Shown here: positions 19,067 through 29,394 of the stretch, one piece after another
How the letters are laid out: every line of letters starts with the position of its first letter
How positions within the stretch are numbered: position 1 is the first letter of the stretch
Origin: a virus
Lineage: Duplodnaviria > Caudoviricetes
Length of the DNA stretch: 64,000 nucleotides
Direction: 5' to 3' (one strand)
Virus record (IMG/VR): IMGVR_UViG_3300028887_000075
Coordinates: 32,001-96,000 of that record
Notes under the pieces: model-generated
The model's database searches: none
The model's input: only the letters and a program-made list of their open reading frames with translations
Told to the model about the DNA's origin: nothing
Translations under genes and position numbers: made by a program

Positions 19067-19591
19067 ATGGACAGGATGTCACTGAATCTCAATGAAATGG
19101 GTGGGGCTGCGTTCGATGTAATGCATTACCTGGTCAAATGGACTCATGATTTCATCCGGCTATGGTGTCTCTCCCGGTATCGCAGCAAATACGGTGACCC
19201 GGACGGACTCTTACCGTATAACCGGTTCGGGTGGATATGCCTGGCTAACGACATGGTTAATTTCTCGGGTGTAACGCTGGGAATATGCCGGATAAAGCGG
19301 GAATTCCTGGACGATTATTGGAAGTCTGGTACCCGGGAGATACCGGGAGAGGACTATGACTCCAGTCCGGAGAAGGTCATATCGGTAATATATTCCAGGT
19401 TTGCTGACGAGGGCATTACCGACCAGGACCAGATTATCGATATTGCTAAGGAATTCAGTTCCAACGTTGACGAACTAATCAGGATAGTATCATCCGGCTC
19501 TCCCGAAGAAGTTGTCGCACATGCCGATAAATGGCTTGCTGTTACCGGTGAAGCTCCCGTGCGTACCCGGAGGAACCGGCGTAGACAGTAG
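19067..19591 (+). CDS. Hypothetical protein
   Basis: ORF in operon, start reassigned. Confidence 0.55.
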   Translation: MDRMSLNLNEMGGAAFDVMHYLVKWTHDFIRLWCLSRYRSKYGDPDGLLPYNRFGWICLANDMVNFSGVTLGICRIKREFLDDYWKSGTREIPGEDYDSSPEKVISVIYSRFADEGITDQDQIIDIAKEFSSNVDELIRIVSSGSPEEVVAHADKWLAVTGEAPVRTRRNRRRQ

Positions 19592-19600
19592 AACTTTAAC

Positions 19601-19673
19601 GCGGGAGTAGTTCAGTAGGTAGAACGCGACCTTCCCAAGGTCGAAGTCGAGGGTTCGAGACCCTTTTCCCGCT
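19601..19673 (+). tRNA. tRNA-Gly(CCC), CCA not encoded
   Basis: Acceptor GCGGGAG/TTCCCGC, D-arm GTTC/GAAC, anticodon arm CGACC-TTCCCAA-GGTCG, T-loop TTCGAGA. Confidence 0.93.
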
Positions 19674-19713
19674 CTAAACTCTAAACTCTAAACCCTAAAG
19701 AAAAGGAAACCAT

Positions 19714-20145
19714 ATGTCAGAGAAAATTACCGTGCAGTACCTGGACGACACTGTCAAGCGTCTCAGCATCAACGACAAGGGAGACTGGATTGACCTCTAT
19801 GCGGCGGAGACGGTCGAGATGAAGCAGGGCGAACACAAGCTCATCCACCTGGGAGTAGCCATGAAGCTCCCGGAAGGCTACGAGGCGCACCTCGTTCCCC
19901 GCTCGTCCACCTACAAGAAGTGGGGCATCATCCAGGCCAACCATGTTGGCATCATCGACAACTCCTACTCCGGGCCGAACGACTGGTGGATGCTCTCGGC
20001 AATCGCCATGCGCGACACCCGTATCGAGAAGGGCGACAAGATTTGCCAGTTCCGCATTATCCAGCGCCAGCCCGAGATAGAGCTGGCCGAAGGGAAGATG
20101 GAAGGTGCCGACCGGGGAGGCTTCGGGAGCACCGGCACTAAGTAG
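19714..20145 (+). CDS. dut: Trimeric dUTPase
   Basis: [31 protein letters not shown]. Confidence 0.95.
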   Translation: MSEKITVQYLDDTVKRLSINDKGDWIDLYAAETVEMKQGEHKLIHLGVAMKLPEGYEAHLVPRSSTYKKWGIIQANHVGIIDNSYSGPNDWWMLSAIAMRDTRIEKGDKICQFRIIQRQPEIELAEGKMEGADRGGFGSTGTK

Positions 20146-20219
20146 CCATCACCGGCTACTTTTTTGCTATATTTGAGGCACAAGAAACTTACAAACATCA
20201 ACCGACAAGGAATCAACAA

Positions 20220-21038
20220 ATGGCCATTAAGGTTCATACCAAGACAATCTCCCCGGCTATGGCTAAGTCCATGCTGGAAACTTCCTACTCCCTCGGCGTC
20301 ACCAACCGCAAGGTGAGCAATCGTCATGTCGACATCTATGCGGAGGAAATGCGTTCCGGCCGTTGGAAACTCAACGGTGTCGCCATCAAGCTCGACTCCC
20401 AGGGCGGCATCCTCGACGGTCAGCATCGCCTCCTCGCCTGCGTCCAGTCCGGCGTCCCCTTCCAGACCATCGTGATGAACGGGGTAGACCGTGACACGTT
20501 CGACACGCTTGACTGCGGACGTGTCCGAACCACGGCACAGGTTCTCCAGATGGCGAACATCAAGTACAACTCGCTCATCGCCAGCATCATCCGCGGAGTG
20601 GCCGAAATCCGCACCGTCGGAAACATGTCCTACAAGGAGAAACCCATTTCCAACACGGCCTCCCTGGAGGAATACAACAAGCATTCCGCCGCATACGACA
20701 TGGCTGCTGCAATCGGTGCCACGGCCGTTGCCGGTACCAAGGCGATGACCGCCAAGATGTGCGGAGCAATCTACTACCACCTCACCCAGGACCTCAAGCA
20801 GTCCAAGGAAGAGGTCGAGAAGTTCATCCGCGAGATTACCTCTTTCGACAGCAGCAAGAATCCTATTGTCGACAAGCTCCGCAAGTGGAACCTTGCCAAC
20901 CGTGGAATGAAGGTGTCCGACCGTAACCGTCTCGGATATACCATCCTCACCTGGAACGCCATGGTGAACAAGGCAAGGACCGCCCCCAAGTTCTGTGAGG
21001 CGAGCCTCAAGGATTTCCCTGAGTTTGCGGTCAAGTAA
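20220..21038 (+). CDS. ParB-like/DGQHR-motif protein
   Basis: NR..S..HV..YA.EM..G.W, ILDGQHRLLA, D.GR.RT. Confidence 0.65.
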   Translation: MAIKVHTKTISPAMAKSMLETSYSLGVTNRKVSNRHVDIYAEEMRSGRWKLNGVAIKLDSQGGILDGQHRLLACVQSGVPFQTIVMNGVDRDTFDTLDCGRVRTTAQVLQMANIKYNSLIASIIRGVAEIRTVGNMSYKEKPISNTASLEEYNKHSAAYDMAAAIGATAVAGTKAMTAKMCGAIYYHLTQDLKQSKEEVEKFIREITSFDSSKNPIVDKLRKWNLANRGMKVSDRNRLGYTILTWNAMVNKARTAPKFCEASLKDFPEFAVK

Positions 21039-21047
21039 AGGAGAAAG

Positions 21048-21737
21048 ATGCGTAACAATTTCTTCATCAAGTCCCCCGTAGTCGAGCTCCTCGACGAAAA
21101 TCGCAAGTCCCTCGGCACGATGCCGTCGGGAAAGGCCAAGGACTTGGCCAATGCGAAGGACATCATGCTCGTCCTCGTCGACGGGCGTGCCAACCCTCCT
21201 GTATACGCTCTGGGTAATGGACCCGAGGACGAAATCATCACGGAGACCGTCCGTCTCCTGGATTCCGACCGCGAGTTCATCGGCATCGTGAGCGCAGCCG
21301 AGGCCAGGAAGATGGCCACGGAGCGCGAGGAGGACATCATCGTCCTCAATGTCAAGGCCGACCCGAACGTCTGCATGCTCGGCGACCGCAAGAAGTACGA
21401 GTACGACAGGAAGAAGGCTGCGAAGGAGAACGACAAGAAGCAGCGTCTGGCCGCGAAGGCCAACGAGCTTAAGGAGCTGAAGCTCCCGGCAGACACGTCG
21501 GACTCCTCAAAGGGTGACCGGATGAGGCTCTTCGAGAGGGCGAAGGAATTCTCCGCCGAGGGACACCCGGTCAAGCTGACCGTGCGCTTCCGCGGCAGGC
21601 AGATGTCCCACGCCAACGACGTCATGGACCGTCTATACGACGAGGCCGTGGCGACTCTCGAGGGGATAACGGTTTCGAGGCCGGTAGCCGCCGGCAACTT
21701 CTTCTCTATGATGTGCCAGCCGGCAAAGAAGAAGTAG
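21048..21737 (+). CDS. infC: Translation initiation factor IF3 with duplicated N-domain
   Basis: Two IF3-N repeats, KYEY..KK linker, C-domain KELKL...G..VKLTVRFRGRQ. Confidence 0.85.
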   Translation: MRNNFFIKSPVVELLDENRKSLGTMPSGKAKDLANAKDIMLVLVDGRANPPVYALGNGPEDEIITETVRLLDSDREFIGIVSAAEARKMATEREEDIIVLNVKADPNVCMLGDRKKYEYDRKKAAKENDKKQRLAAKANELKELKLPADTSDSSKGDRMRLFERAKEFSAEGHPVKLTVRFRGRQMSHANDVMDRLYDEAVATLEGITVSRPVAAGNFFSMMCQPAKKK

Positions 21738-21762
21738 CTCGCAAGAGTCCCCAATCCTAAGG

Positions 21763-21792
21763 GCGACCCGGGAAACTCCCGGGCGCTTTTTT
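21763..21792 (+). terminator. Intrinsic terminator
   Basis: CCCGGGA-AAC-TCCCGGG stem followed by T-tract. Confidence 0.75.
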
Positions 21793-21838
21793 ATTTTGTG
21801 TAAAAATATTTTTTTCTTATTTTTGTGTTGATTTACTG

Positions 21839-21867
21839 TTGACAAGCTGAAAATAGTTTTTTAATAT
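21839..21867 (+). promoter_or_regulatory. Sigma70-like promoter
   Basis: TTGACA-17 bp-TAATAT with AT-rich upstream element. Confidence 0.55.
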
Positions 21868-21924
21868 ATAGTTTGTAACGTGGGCAACGTGATGCCCATC
21901 AACATACAACGGAAAACACGGAAA

Positions 21925-23259
21925 ATGAGCAAGAAAGATACCGCAGAGTCCAAGAAGATACTCAAGCTTCTCGGAAAACCGACAACGACAACTCGCATCA
22001 CCAAGAACAACAACCCGGCCATCCAGAAGCTGATACACTACTTCGAGGGCGACCTGCAGCAGGTCTACCGCTGGTTCGGCACGCTAGTGACTCTCGGCTG
22101 GTTTGAGGGCGACTACATGGAGTTCCTCAAGAGCGTCAAGAAGAACAAGCAGAAACTCGAGAACCCTGACGGCTCAATCGAATACCCGATGGGAGGAGAA
22201 TGCTCCGAGGTGGTATCCCAGGCGGCTGCCGCGCTCGACGAGGGAATGCTCGTCACGATGCGTAGGGAACTGAACACCGCCAGGACCCAGCTTAAGAACA
22301 TGCAGGCCGCCGACTACGAGAAGCGCCGTCTCATCGAGTCCCTCCGGGAGGAACTGGATGCCGCTAGGCCGGACAAGTTCACGGTAAATGTTCAGAAGGC
22401 GAAGCCGCGCATCAAGGGGAACTACTACAACATCCTTCCGATTTCCGATGTGCATTACGGGGAAACCGTGAAGCCGCAGGACGTGAACGGCCTCAACGAG
22501 TACAACTTCAAGATTTCAAAGCAGCGCCATATCGAGCTGTTCCGCCAGAACCACGAGTTCGCCCAGGCGTTCGGATGCGAGGAGCTTGACATATTCATGC
22601 TGGGTGACATCTTCTCCGGCAACATCCACGACGAGCTCCGGGAGAACAACGAGGCTCCCATTACCAAGTGCATCGTGGACTACTACAAGTTCATTACCGG
22701 GCTCATCGACGCCTACAAGGGCTTCTACAAGACGGTCCGCATCCACTGCGTGGTCGGAAACCATGCCCGTACCACCCAGAAGTACCAGTTCAAGAACAAG
22801 GGTGTCGAGAACTACGAGTATATCCTCTATGCCTTCATCGAGGACAAGTACAATTCCACTAGCGACAACGTGACCGTCAGCCTCGGCGAGTCCACAATCC
22901 TCTTCGCCACCGTCGGCGAGCAGGTCTGGAAGCTCGAGCACGGCGACCGCTACAAGGGAGGCTCCGCCTTCGTGTCCCCGCTGTCCACCACCGTCCGCGA
23001 CAACTTCAAGGACCAGGGCATGTTCGAGACGACCGGTCAGCGCTTCGATGCAGTCATGATGGGTCACTGGCATATTGGTGGCGAATGGTACCTCCCGGGT
23101 ACTACCACGCCCGTCTACATGAACCCCAGCCTCATCGGCCCGGGCGAGTTCGCGGTACACAACTGTCACAGCGCATTCCCGGCCTCCTGCTACTCCTTCA
23201 TTACCGACGGTCACGAGGTCGTCGACAAGAGGCTCATCAACCTGGCCAAGGTGAGATGA
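21925..23259 (+). CDS. Metallophosphoesterase with N-terminal coiled coil
   Basis: SDVHYG, LGD, GNH, HGD, GHWH. Confidence 0.8.
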   Translation: MSKKDTAESKKILKLLGKPTTTTRITKNNNPAIQKLIHYFEGDLQQVYRWFGTLVTLGWFEGDYMEFLKSVKKNKQKLENPDGSIEYPMGGECSEVVSQAAAALDEGMLVTMRRELNTARTQLKNMQAADYEKRRLIESLREELDAARPDKFTVNVQKAKPRIKGNYYNILPISDVHYGETVKPQDVNGLNEYNFKISKQRHIELFRQNHEFAQAFGCEELDIFMLGDIFSGNIHDELRENNEAPITKCIVDYYKFITGLIDAYKGFYKTVRIHCVVGNHARTTQKYQFKNKGVENYEYILYAFIEDKYNSTSDNVTVSLGESTILFATVGEQVWKLEHGDRYKGGSAFVSPLSTTVRDNFKDQGMFETTGQRFDAVMMGHWHIGGEWYLPGTTTPVYMNPSLIGPGEFAVHNCHSAFPASCYSFITDGHEVVDKRLINLAKVR

Positions 23260-24026
23260 TTGTAATTTCAGAGAATTCCGTTGTGTTCGCCGAAGTGGAA
23301 CGCATGCTTCATGCGCTCCACGACGGCGATTCCGCTTTTGACGACAAGGTCGTCGTCCTCGGATACAACGTGGTCAAGTACCTCCCGCAGGCGCTCAGGA
23401 GAAAGTACCCTGGCAAGAAGATAGTGGTCTACCAGCTCGAGCAGCTGTTCCCCGGCTCCAAGTGGGCCAACCAGCACGCAGAGAAGTGGCTCCGCAACGT
23501 GGACGAGGTCTGGGAGTACGACCTGTCCAACATGGACTACCTGAACCGCACTGGGTTCAAGAACATAGTATACCGCCCGATGACCTACTGCGAGGCCCTC
23601 CGGGACATCCCGGAAGCTCCCAAGGACATCGACATACTCTTCTACGGCTATCCCACGCCAAGGAGACTGGAAGTACTGGGGAGCCTGATGGAGCATACCT
23701 GGACGAGGTACTCGCTCGTGTGGGCTACCGGGGTGACCGGGGAGAAGCTGCGCAACCTTGTTTCCCGCTCGAAGGTGATACTGAACGTCCATGCCTTCAG
23801 GGAGAACTGCCGGCAGGAACAGGTGAGGATGTTCTATCCTGTCATAAACGGCGCCTGCGTGGTTTCGGAGAAGTCCCCGCACAACGAGTTCGGAAAGTCG
23901 ATAGTCGTGTGCGACACGGGCAAGATTGCCGCCACCGTAGCCCATGTGCTCAACAGGGGGCTCTGGGAGGAAGTCGGGAAGAACGCCCCGGAAGTCTACC
24001 GGAAGCACTGCGAGGAGAGGAAATGA
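23256..24026 (+). CDS. Glycosyltransferase-like (GT-B) protein
   Basis: DIDILFYG...RR, SKVILNVH, RMFY..INGACVVSE. Confidence 0.7.
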   Translation: MIVISENSVVFAEVERMLHALHDGDSAFDDKVVVLGYNVVKYLPQALRRKYPGKKIVVYQLEQLFPGSKWANQHAEKWLRNVDEVWEYDLSNMDYLNRTGFKNIVYRPMTYCEALRDIPEAPKDIDILFYGYPTPRRLEVLGSLMEHTWTRYSLVWATGVTGEKLRNLVSRSKVILNVHAFRENCRQEQVRMFYPVINGACVVSEKSPHNEFGKSIVVCDTGKIAATVAHVLNRGLWEEVGKNAPEVYRKHCEERK

Positions 24027-24892
24027 GGACAGCTCTCGTAGTCCTGTGCAAGAACCAGCAGAAGTACGCCGGGCGGATAGCGTCCGGCATTCTGTCGCAG
24101 ACGGTGAAGCCGGATACCGTACTGGTAGTGGTGGACCGTCCCGCATACGGGGAATTTGAGGAAATCCGGGAAGCATATTCCTCCGTGGAAGGTTGCCGGT
24201 TCCTCGCCGTGGAAGGGATGCCGAGACCGCTCGGGAGGCCCCGGATGCTGCACGGCATACCCCCGTTCTGTGCCGGGTACTGCCGGGATTCCGCGCTGGA
24301 ATACCTTGACGGCCAGTACGACGTTGCTATATTTACGGACGGCGACTGCATCCCGCAGTCACAGCTGGTGGAGTCCCACCTTTCCGCCACGGTTCCCGGA
24401 TGCGTCACAGTCGGGAGACGGCTGGAGAAGATGTGGGACGGGCTCGACCAGAGGCAGGCCTACAGGGAAAGGCTCATAGACATATTCGGGGAGACTCCCC
24501 GGGACATAGACAACGAGGTATACGTGGCCGATTCCGGAGTGATGTGGACATGCAACGTGGGGTTCACCGCGGACGCCGTGGGTTCTCTCCGGGAGCTCAA
24601 CCGGAGGCTGTACGGCATTTCCTGCGTATTCCACCCGGACTTCTGCGGCAGGTGGGGAGGGGAGGACGGGTTCCTCGGGATGGAGTGCCTCTACGGGGGA
24701 ATCCCGATGCGCTCGTGCCCAGTAATGGAGCATGACGGGGTGGAGCATATGGAGCACCCGCGTCCGGACGGGTACTACGACCACGGGACGTTCCTGGAGT
24801 TCCTTGACTCAAAGCGGCGGGAACTGATGTGCCTGCTGGGAATGGCCGGGAAGTTCCGGCCGCTGCTAGACATGGTGGGGATACGGAAATGA
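24023..24892 (+). CDS. GT2-family glycosyltransferase
   Basis: VLVVVD, FTDGDC DxD motif, F.GRWGGED. Confidence 0.8.
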   Translation: MRTALVVLCKNQQKYAGRIASGILSQTVKPDTVLVVVDRPAYGEFEEIREAYSSVEGCRFLAVEGMPRPLGRPRMLHGIPPFCAGYCRDSALEYLDGQYDVAIFTDGDCIPQSQLVESHLSATVPGCVTVGRRLEKMWDGLDQRQAYRERLIDIFGETPRDIDNEVYVADSGVMWTCNVGFTADAVGSLRELNRRLYGISCVFHPDFCGRWGGEDGFLGMECLYGGIPMRSCPVMEHDGVEHMEHPRPDGYYDHGTFLEFLDSKRRELMCLLGMAGKFRPLLDMVGIRK

Positions 24893-25233
24893 GGGAAGCC
24901 CCGGACTTCATGAAGGGGCCGCGGAAGGCCCTGCTGGAATGGGTGGGCGAGGACGAGCGCGTCATGGCCCTCGTCCAGTACGCCGACAGCAACGGGGTGG
25001 AGCTCCGGTTCATCCCGGGGCGGACCGTGTGCTTCATCGACGTGATGGGTCCGGACGGCACCGCGATGGTGTTCGACGGAATACACAGCATGATGATAGA
25101 CCTGGTCAGCGACCGGGTGACCCTTTTCGGCTCAGAGGACATACGTAGTCAGTTCGACATAATCGACAAGGCGTACGCCTACAAGGGCGACTTGGCGCTG
25201 AAGGCAGAAATCCGCTCCCTGCTGACTCTGTAA
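24889..25233 (+). CDS. Hypothetical protein
   Basis: Translationally coupled ORF. Confidence 0.55.
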   Translation: MREAPDFMKGPRKALLEWVGEDERVMALVQYADSNGVELRFIPGRTVCFIDVMGPDGTAMVFDGIHSMMIDLVSDRVTLFGSEDIRSQFDIIDKAYAYKGDLALKAEIRSLLTL

Positions 25234-25254
25234 TTTTTTGCTATATTTGGTGGC

Positions 25255-25794
25255 ATGAAGAATGCCAAGAAGAAAAAGACCGCCAAGGCCGCTGAGCAGA
25301 ACCAGCAAAAGCTCAAGGTTGTCAAGAAAAGCGACAATCCACCGACATACCAATGGGTTCGCGACGAAGATTGCAAGCCTAAAAGCAATCTTACCATAGA
25401 AATGCCGGTTACTCGCCCGTCAATCCCCACGAGCTGGATTACCACCTCCCTGGACGACATCAAGCTGCCCCGCGACTGGGGCGACATCCCGGACTATGTT
25501 CTCCGGCAGTTCACCGATAGCGCTCCCGGTAGGTCCCTGGAAAGCGAGGTGGAGCTCGACCACGTGTTCAGGCTGACCTACACGACGAAATCCTACATTG
25601 CTACCGTCCAGGTCAACATCGGCGACTGGAAGGACGAGATGGGCGAATCCATTCGTGTCGAGTCGACCACCTGGAAGGAACAGGCAAAGTACAAGGTGCA
25701 CGGGTCCGCATCGGGAAACGACATAGCGAAGCATGTCAACCTGAAGATACTATACGACCGCATAATGGACGACCTGGAGAAGTTCGGGGGCTAA
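25255..25794 (+). CDS. Hypothetical protein, probably leaderless
   Basis: ATG 5 nt after class A motif. Confidence 0.65.
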   Translation: MKNAKKKKTAKAAEQNQQKLKVVKKSDNPPTYQWVRDEDCKPKSNLTIEMPVTRPSIPTSWITTSLDDIKLPRDWGDIPDYVLRQFTDSAPGRSLESEVELDHVFRLTYTTKSYIATVQVNIGDWKDEMGESIRVESTTWKEQAKYKVHGSASGNDIAKHVNLKILYDRIMDDLEKFGG

Positions 25795-25795
25795 C

Positions 25796-26032
25796 ATGAG
25801 CAGACATACAGAAGTACAAGTAAATGACGTCTGCAGCTGCGACATATGTGGCCAGCCGATAAACGGTGATGGTGGCGGCATATCCGGGCTGCGGCAGTGT
25901 GTTCTCGTCGGTAACAGGACAGTGGACGTGACATACGACATAAAGGCATTCCTGTACGACAGTCAGTCTGCGCAGGACATATGCCCGAATTGCCGGGCAT
26001 CGATAATCAAGGCCATAGCGGAGAGGTACTGA
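25796..26032 (+). CDS. Small zinc-finger protein
   Basis: CDIC...CPNC. Confidence 0.6.
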   Translation: MSRHTEVQVNDVCSCDICGQPINGDGGGISGLRQCVLVGNRTVDVTYDIKAFLYDSQSAQDICPNCRASIIKAIAERY

Positions 26033-26033
26033 C

Positions 26034-27182
26034 TTGACCATAGAGGAACTTGAAAGGACCGGCTGGATTGAAATGGAAGCCATAGTGGGCAGCCAGTCGT
26101 TCGGGCTGGCTACCGAGAACTCCGACGTGGACACGCGCGGGGTCTTCGTGCTGCCCATTCGCGAGCGTATCGCCTACGGGGCGATAGACCAGGTGGCAGA
26201 CGAGAAGAACAACAGGGTGTTTTGGGAGATGGCGAAGTTCCTGAAGCTGCTAAGGGATGGCAACCCGTCCGCGCTTGAGTTCCTCAATTCCCCGGAAAAA
26301 TGCATACTGAAGGGAAAGGAAATGTTCGACCTTATCCCGAAGGACATCTGGGTCACCCCCAAGTGCCGCCAGTCCTTCCTGGAGTATGCCAGGAACCAGC
26401 TGTCCCGTGCATACGGGCTAAACAAGAAGATTTTCAACCCGCAGCCGACTGAACCTCCCAGGGTCCTCGACTACTGCTACGTGGTTACCCGGGAGAAGCC
26501 CCCGGTGGCCTTCCGGAAGTTCCTCGTGATGCAGCCGGAGAGGTTCATGCGTGAGCAGAAGTGGTACGCGCTCGCCAGCCTGGACCACATCACGGACGGC
26601 TACGGGCTGTACTGGCAGGACCCCATGTCCGGCTCCTCCGAGAAGGAGCACGAGTGGCGCTGGGCCTACGGCGTGGTGAGCGACGAGGCGAAGGCCAACG
26701 ACATCCAGCTCGCCCCGCACATCCCGCAGGGGCTGCTGCCGGTGGCCACCCTGTTCTTCAACAAGAACGCCTACTCGCACGACTGCGCGGAGCATACCAA
26801 GTACTGGCACTGGGTCAAGGAGCGTAACGAGTCCCGCTACGAGGAGACCCTGAAGCACGGCAAGGGATATGACGCCAAGAACACCATGCACTGCATCAGG
26901 CTGCTGATGACCGCGAAGGAACTGGCAGAGACCGGGAAGGTACGGGTCGACCGTAGCAATGACCGGGAGTTCCTATTGGGGATAAAGGCGGGCAAGTATT
27001 CCTACGAGGAGATGATGTCACTTTCCGACCGACTGGTGAAGGAGACCGGGGAGGCGTTCGAAAAAACCCGGTGGCTCCGGCCGGTAATGACCGACGGAGA
27101 GCTCAGCGAGCTGCTGTGCAGGATTCTGCGGACAATGGAACCGAAATACAACATGATTTTAACCCGGCATGAGGATTTATGA
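26034..27182 (+). CDS. Pol-beta-superfamily nucleotidyltransferase (RlaP/YcgL-like)
   Basis: GSQSFGLATENSDVDTRGVF, GNPSALE, GYDAKN.MHCIRL. Confidence 0.85.
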   Translation: MTIEELERTGWIEMEAIVGSQSFGLATENSDVDTRGVFVLPIRERIAYGAIDQVADEKNNRVFWEMAKFLKLLRDGNPSALEFLNSPEKCILKGKEMFDLIPKDIWVTPKCRQSFLEYARNQLSRAYGLNKKIFNPQPTEPPRVLDYCYVVTREKPPVAFRKFLVMQPERFMREQKWYALASLDHITDGYGLYWQDPMSGSSEKEHEWRWAYGVVSDEAKANDIQLAPHIPQGLLPVATLFFNKNAYSHDCAEHTKYWHWVKERNESRYEETLKHGKGYDAKNTMHCIRLLMTAKELAETGKVRVDRSNDREFLLGIKAGKYSYEEMMSLSDRLVKETGEAFEKTRWLRPVMTDGELSELLCRILRTMEPKYNMILTRHEDL

Positions 27183-27580
27183 GTGGAAACCGAACAGCAG
27201 ATATAGGAAACCTTCTCAAGAACTACGGGCAGAAGCAGGTGCTGCTGGAACTTGAGTCCCTGGTCAACCAGTACAAGCGGCACGACTCACTGAAGCCCGG
27301 CATATATACATGCGGAGTAATCGCGGGAGTTACCGGGATATATTGCCCGGTGTCGTTCATACTGGAGGCCAGGATGTCCGTGGTCGCTATGCTCGGCATC
27401 ATGTGCATTGTTTCCCTGTGCATAATATTTGCACTCTGTGCCATTACGAATCGCAGACTGTCCAAGTCTACGATACAAACGAGAATCATAGCACTGGCAC
27501 AGAAGCTGGAGGACCCGACATTAAGAGAACTATATACTAATTTCGGAAAGTATCCCAATAGCTGTGTGAGCCTTCTATGA
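27179..27580 (+). CDS. Two-TM membrane protein
   Basis: Two hydrophobic segments. Confidence 0.5.
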   Translation: MSGNRTADIGNLLKNYGQKQVLLELESLVNQYKRHDSLKPGIYTCGVIAGVTGIYCPVSFILEARMSVVAMLGIMCIVSLCIIFALCAITNRRLSKSTIQTRIIALAQKLEDPTLRELYTNFGKYPNSCVSLL

Positions 27581-28263
27581 GCACTGAAAGAACATTCTTC
27601 GACATAGACCTCCCGGGCACTGCCCGGCTATTCTTCGTGTCCGACACGCACTTCGGCCACAGGCGCCTCGTCACGTCCTGCCCGACGCACTTCGAGAGGT
27701 GCCGCCGGTACGAGACAGTGGACGAGATGAATGCCGACATCATGGAGAAGTGGAACGCCCAGGTAGCCCCCGGTGACTACGTGGTGTTCCTCGGGGACTT
27801 CCTGTTCGGAAAGTGGGAAGAGGGGGAGATGGATGCGGCAGACCTGTGGAATAGGCTCAACGGAATCAAGTTCTTCGTACGCGGCAACCATGACCAGAGA
27901 ATCAAGGGAGAGATAATCGACATCAGGGACTATGCCATGTTCAGGTACCGTGGTCTTACCTACCTGTGCCAGCACTTTCCTTATGGAAACGGGCCGGACA
28001 GCGACATGTCCATACTGGGACACCTGAAGTCCACGTTGAGACCGGAGACTACCGTATTGGTGCACGGCCACACCCACTTCGAGGACAGGTACTCCCGGAC
28101 GCTCCGAAAGGACTTCTCGTTGCAGAACGACGTGTCCTGGGAGGCATGGTACGGGATGGCCCCGGCGGAGAAACTATATGCAGCCAACAGGACATACGTG
28201 GGCAAGTGCCTGGGGCACCCGGTGGTGGCCAACTTCTCAAAGGAGTGCTCAGATGAGCAGTAG
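27577..28263 (+). CDS. Calcineurin-like phosphoesterase
   Basis: SDTHFGH, LGDF, RGNHD, HFP, HGHTH. Confidence 0.88.
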   Translation: MSTERTFFDIDLPGTARLFFVSDTHFGHRRLVTSCPTHFERCRRYETVDEMNADIMEKWNAQVAPGDYVVFLGDFLFGKWEEGEMDAADLWNRLNGIKFFVRGNHDQRIKGEIIDIRDYAMFRYRGLTYLCQHFPYGNGPDSDMSILGHLKSTLRPETTVLVHGHTHFEDRYSRTLRKDFSLQNDVSWEAWYGMAPAEKLYAANRTYVGKCLGHPVVANFSKECSDEQ

Positions 28264-28483
28264 TGACAGATACGTGATAATGAATTCTGACGGCAAGTTC
28301 GCCGTAGAGTTCGGCGGAGGCCAGCAGGTACGCTTCGGGGACTTTCATCCCCCTATCACGACCTTGTACTATTCTGAACGCGAGGCGAGGAACACCATCG
28401 CAGAACTGCACAAGCGTGGGCATTTCCTCGACGACGGCCTCAAGGTGGCCAAGTTCGGAATCATCCCATTGGAGGACACATGA
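28253..28483 (+). CDS. Small hypothetical protein
   Basis: AGGAG RBS; start reassigned to MSSSDRY. Confidence 0.5.
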   Translation: MSSSDRYVIMNSDGKFAVEFGGGQQVRFGDFHPPITTLYYSEREARNTIAELHKRGHFLDDGLKVAKFGIIPLEDT

Positions 28484-28574
28484 AAGGCGTATCACTGGTG
28501 CCAAACCCGGCATTCGACCGGGCATGGAAACGCTTCATGAAGAAGCAGCTCAAGGAAAGCAGAGGAAATAACAA

Positions 28575-28736
28575 ATGATGGAATGCGACATTTGCGGGGA
28601 ACCGCGCCCGTGCAAGATGTACAGGTGCACATTCGGGCAGTACACCGAGTTCATGTGCCTATGCGACGACTGTGTGAAGATACAGGAAAAGGAAGGACCC
28701 GTAGTGGAGGACAAGTCTTGCGAGCCTGGTGTCTGA
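28575..28736 (+). CDS. Small zinc-finger protein (not in ORF track)
   Basis: MMECDICG...CLCDDC, 53 aa. Confidence 0.5.
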   Translation: MMECDICGEPRPCKMYRCTFGQYTEFMCLCDDCVKIQEKEGPVVEDKSCEPGV

Positions 28737-29212
28737 GTAAGCGGGGATTTACCCTATATTGCCGCGGCAAGGGATGGCATCACGAGGAGAACCCCTCGGA
28801 GGCCGTCATCTCTATTTGCTGCAACCCGGACGTTGCCAACAAGGTGCTCCGCGACCCGGACCCGCACTGGTTCGCTTCCGGTCTGCCCAACGTGTGTAAC
28901 GTAGAGTTCGACGACATCACCGAGGACGAGTGTACCTACGTAGGAACCGAGCTGGACGGGTACGACACCGTGACCGCCTACGGCATTACCCCGGATACCG
29001 CCAAGCGCATCGTGAGGTTCGTCGAGGAGCACCGGGGGATGGACTTCGTGATACACTGCAGGGCCGGTAAGTCCAGGTCCCAGGCCGTACTCCGGTACAT
29101 AACCGAGTTCTATCCGGAATATACAGAGACGAACCCGGACAACCCGTGCGTCCATCCCAACATCCACACCTATCTCGGACTCAGGAATGCCCGGGAGGAA
29201 CTCGGGCTATGA
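28718..29212 (+). CDS. Cys-based (PTP/DSP-like) phosphatase
   Basis: HCRAGKSRS P-loop; TTG start behind GGAGG. Confidence 0.8.
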   Translation: MRAWCLSKRGFTLYCRGKGWHHEENPSEAVISICCNPDVANKVLRDPDPHWFASGLPNVCNVEFDDITEDECTYVGTELDGYDTVTAYGITPDTAKRIVRFVEEHRGMDFVIHCRAGKSRSQAVLRYITEFYPEYTETNPDNPCVHPNIHTYLGLRNAREELGL

Positions 29213-29325
29213 GCTGCTGCAGTACGGTAATTGCGCTTATAATAGGCGCAATAATGGTTGCTGTGGCGATAGTGGCAGGTGCCATCGAGTTTGTACTTGG
29301 ATTGCTAATGGCAATCTTCGCGTGA
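29209..29325 (+). CDS. 38-aa hydrophobic peptide (not in ORF track)
   Basis: MSCCSTVIALIIGAIMVAVAIVAGAIEFVLGLLMAIFA; ATGA overlap with upstream stop. Confidence 0.5.
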   Translation: MSCCSTVIALIIGAIMVAVAIVAGAIEFVLGLLMAIFA

Positions 29326-29394
29326 TTATTTTGGGTATGTCAACCCAAAGTGTTGCTATTGCATAATCAAAAAATAAATTGCTATATTTGCAAT

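Noticed and set aside
19672-19699. (CTCTAAA)n run after the tRNA resembling a plant telomere repeat
   Set aside because: Only about four imperfect copies; most likely slippage in a spacer.
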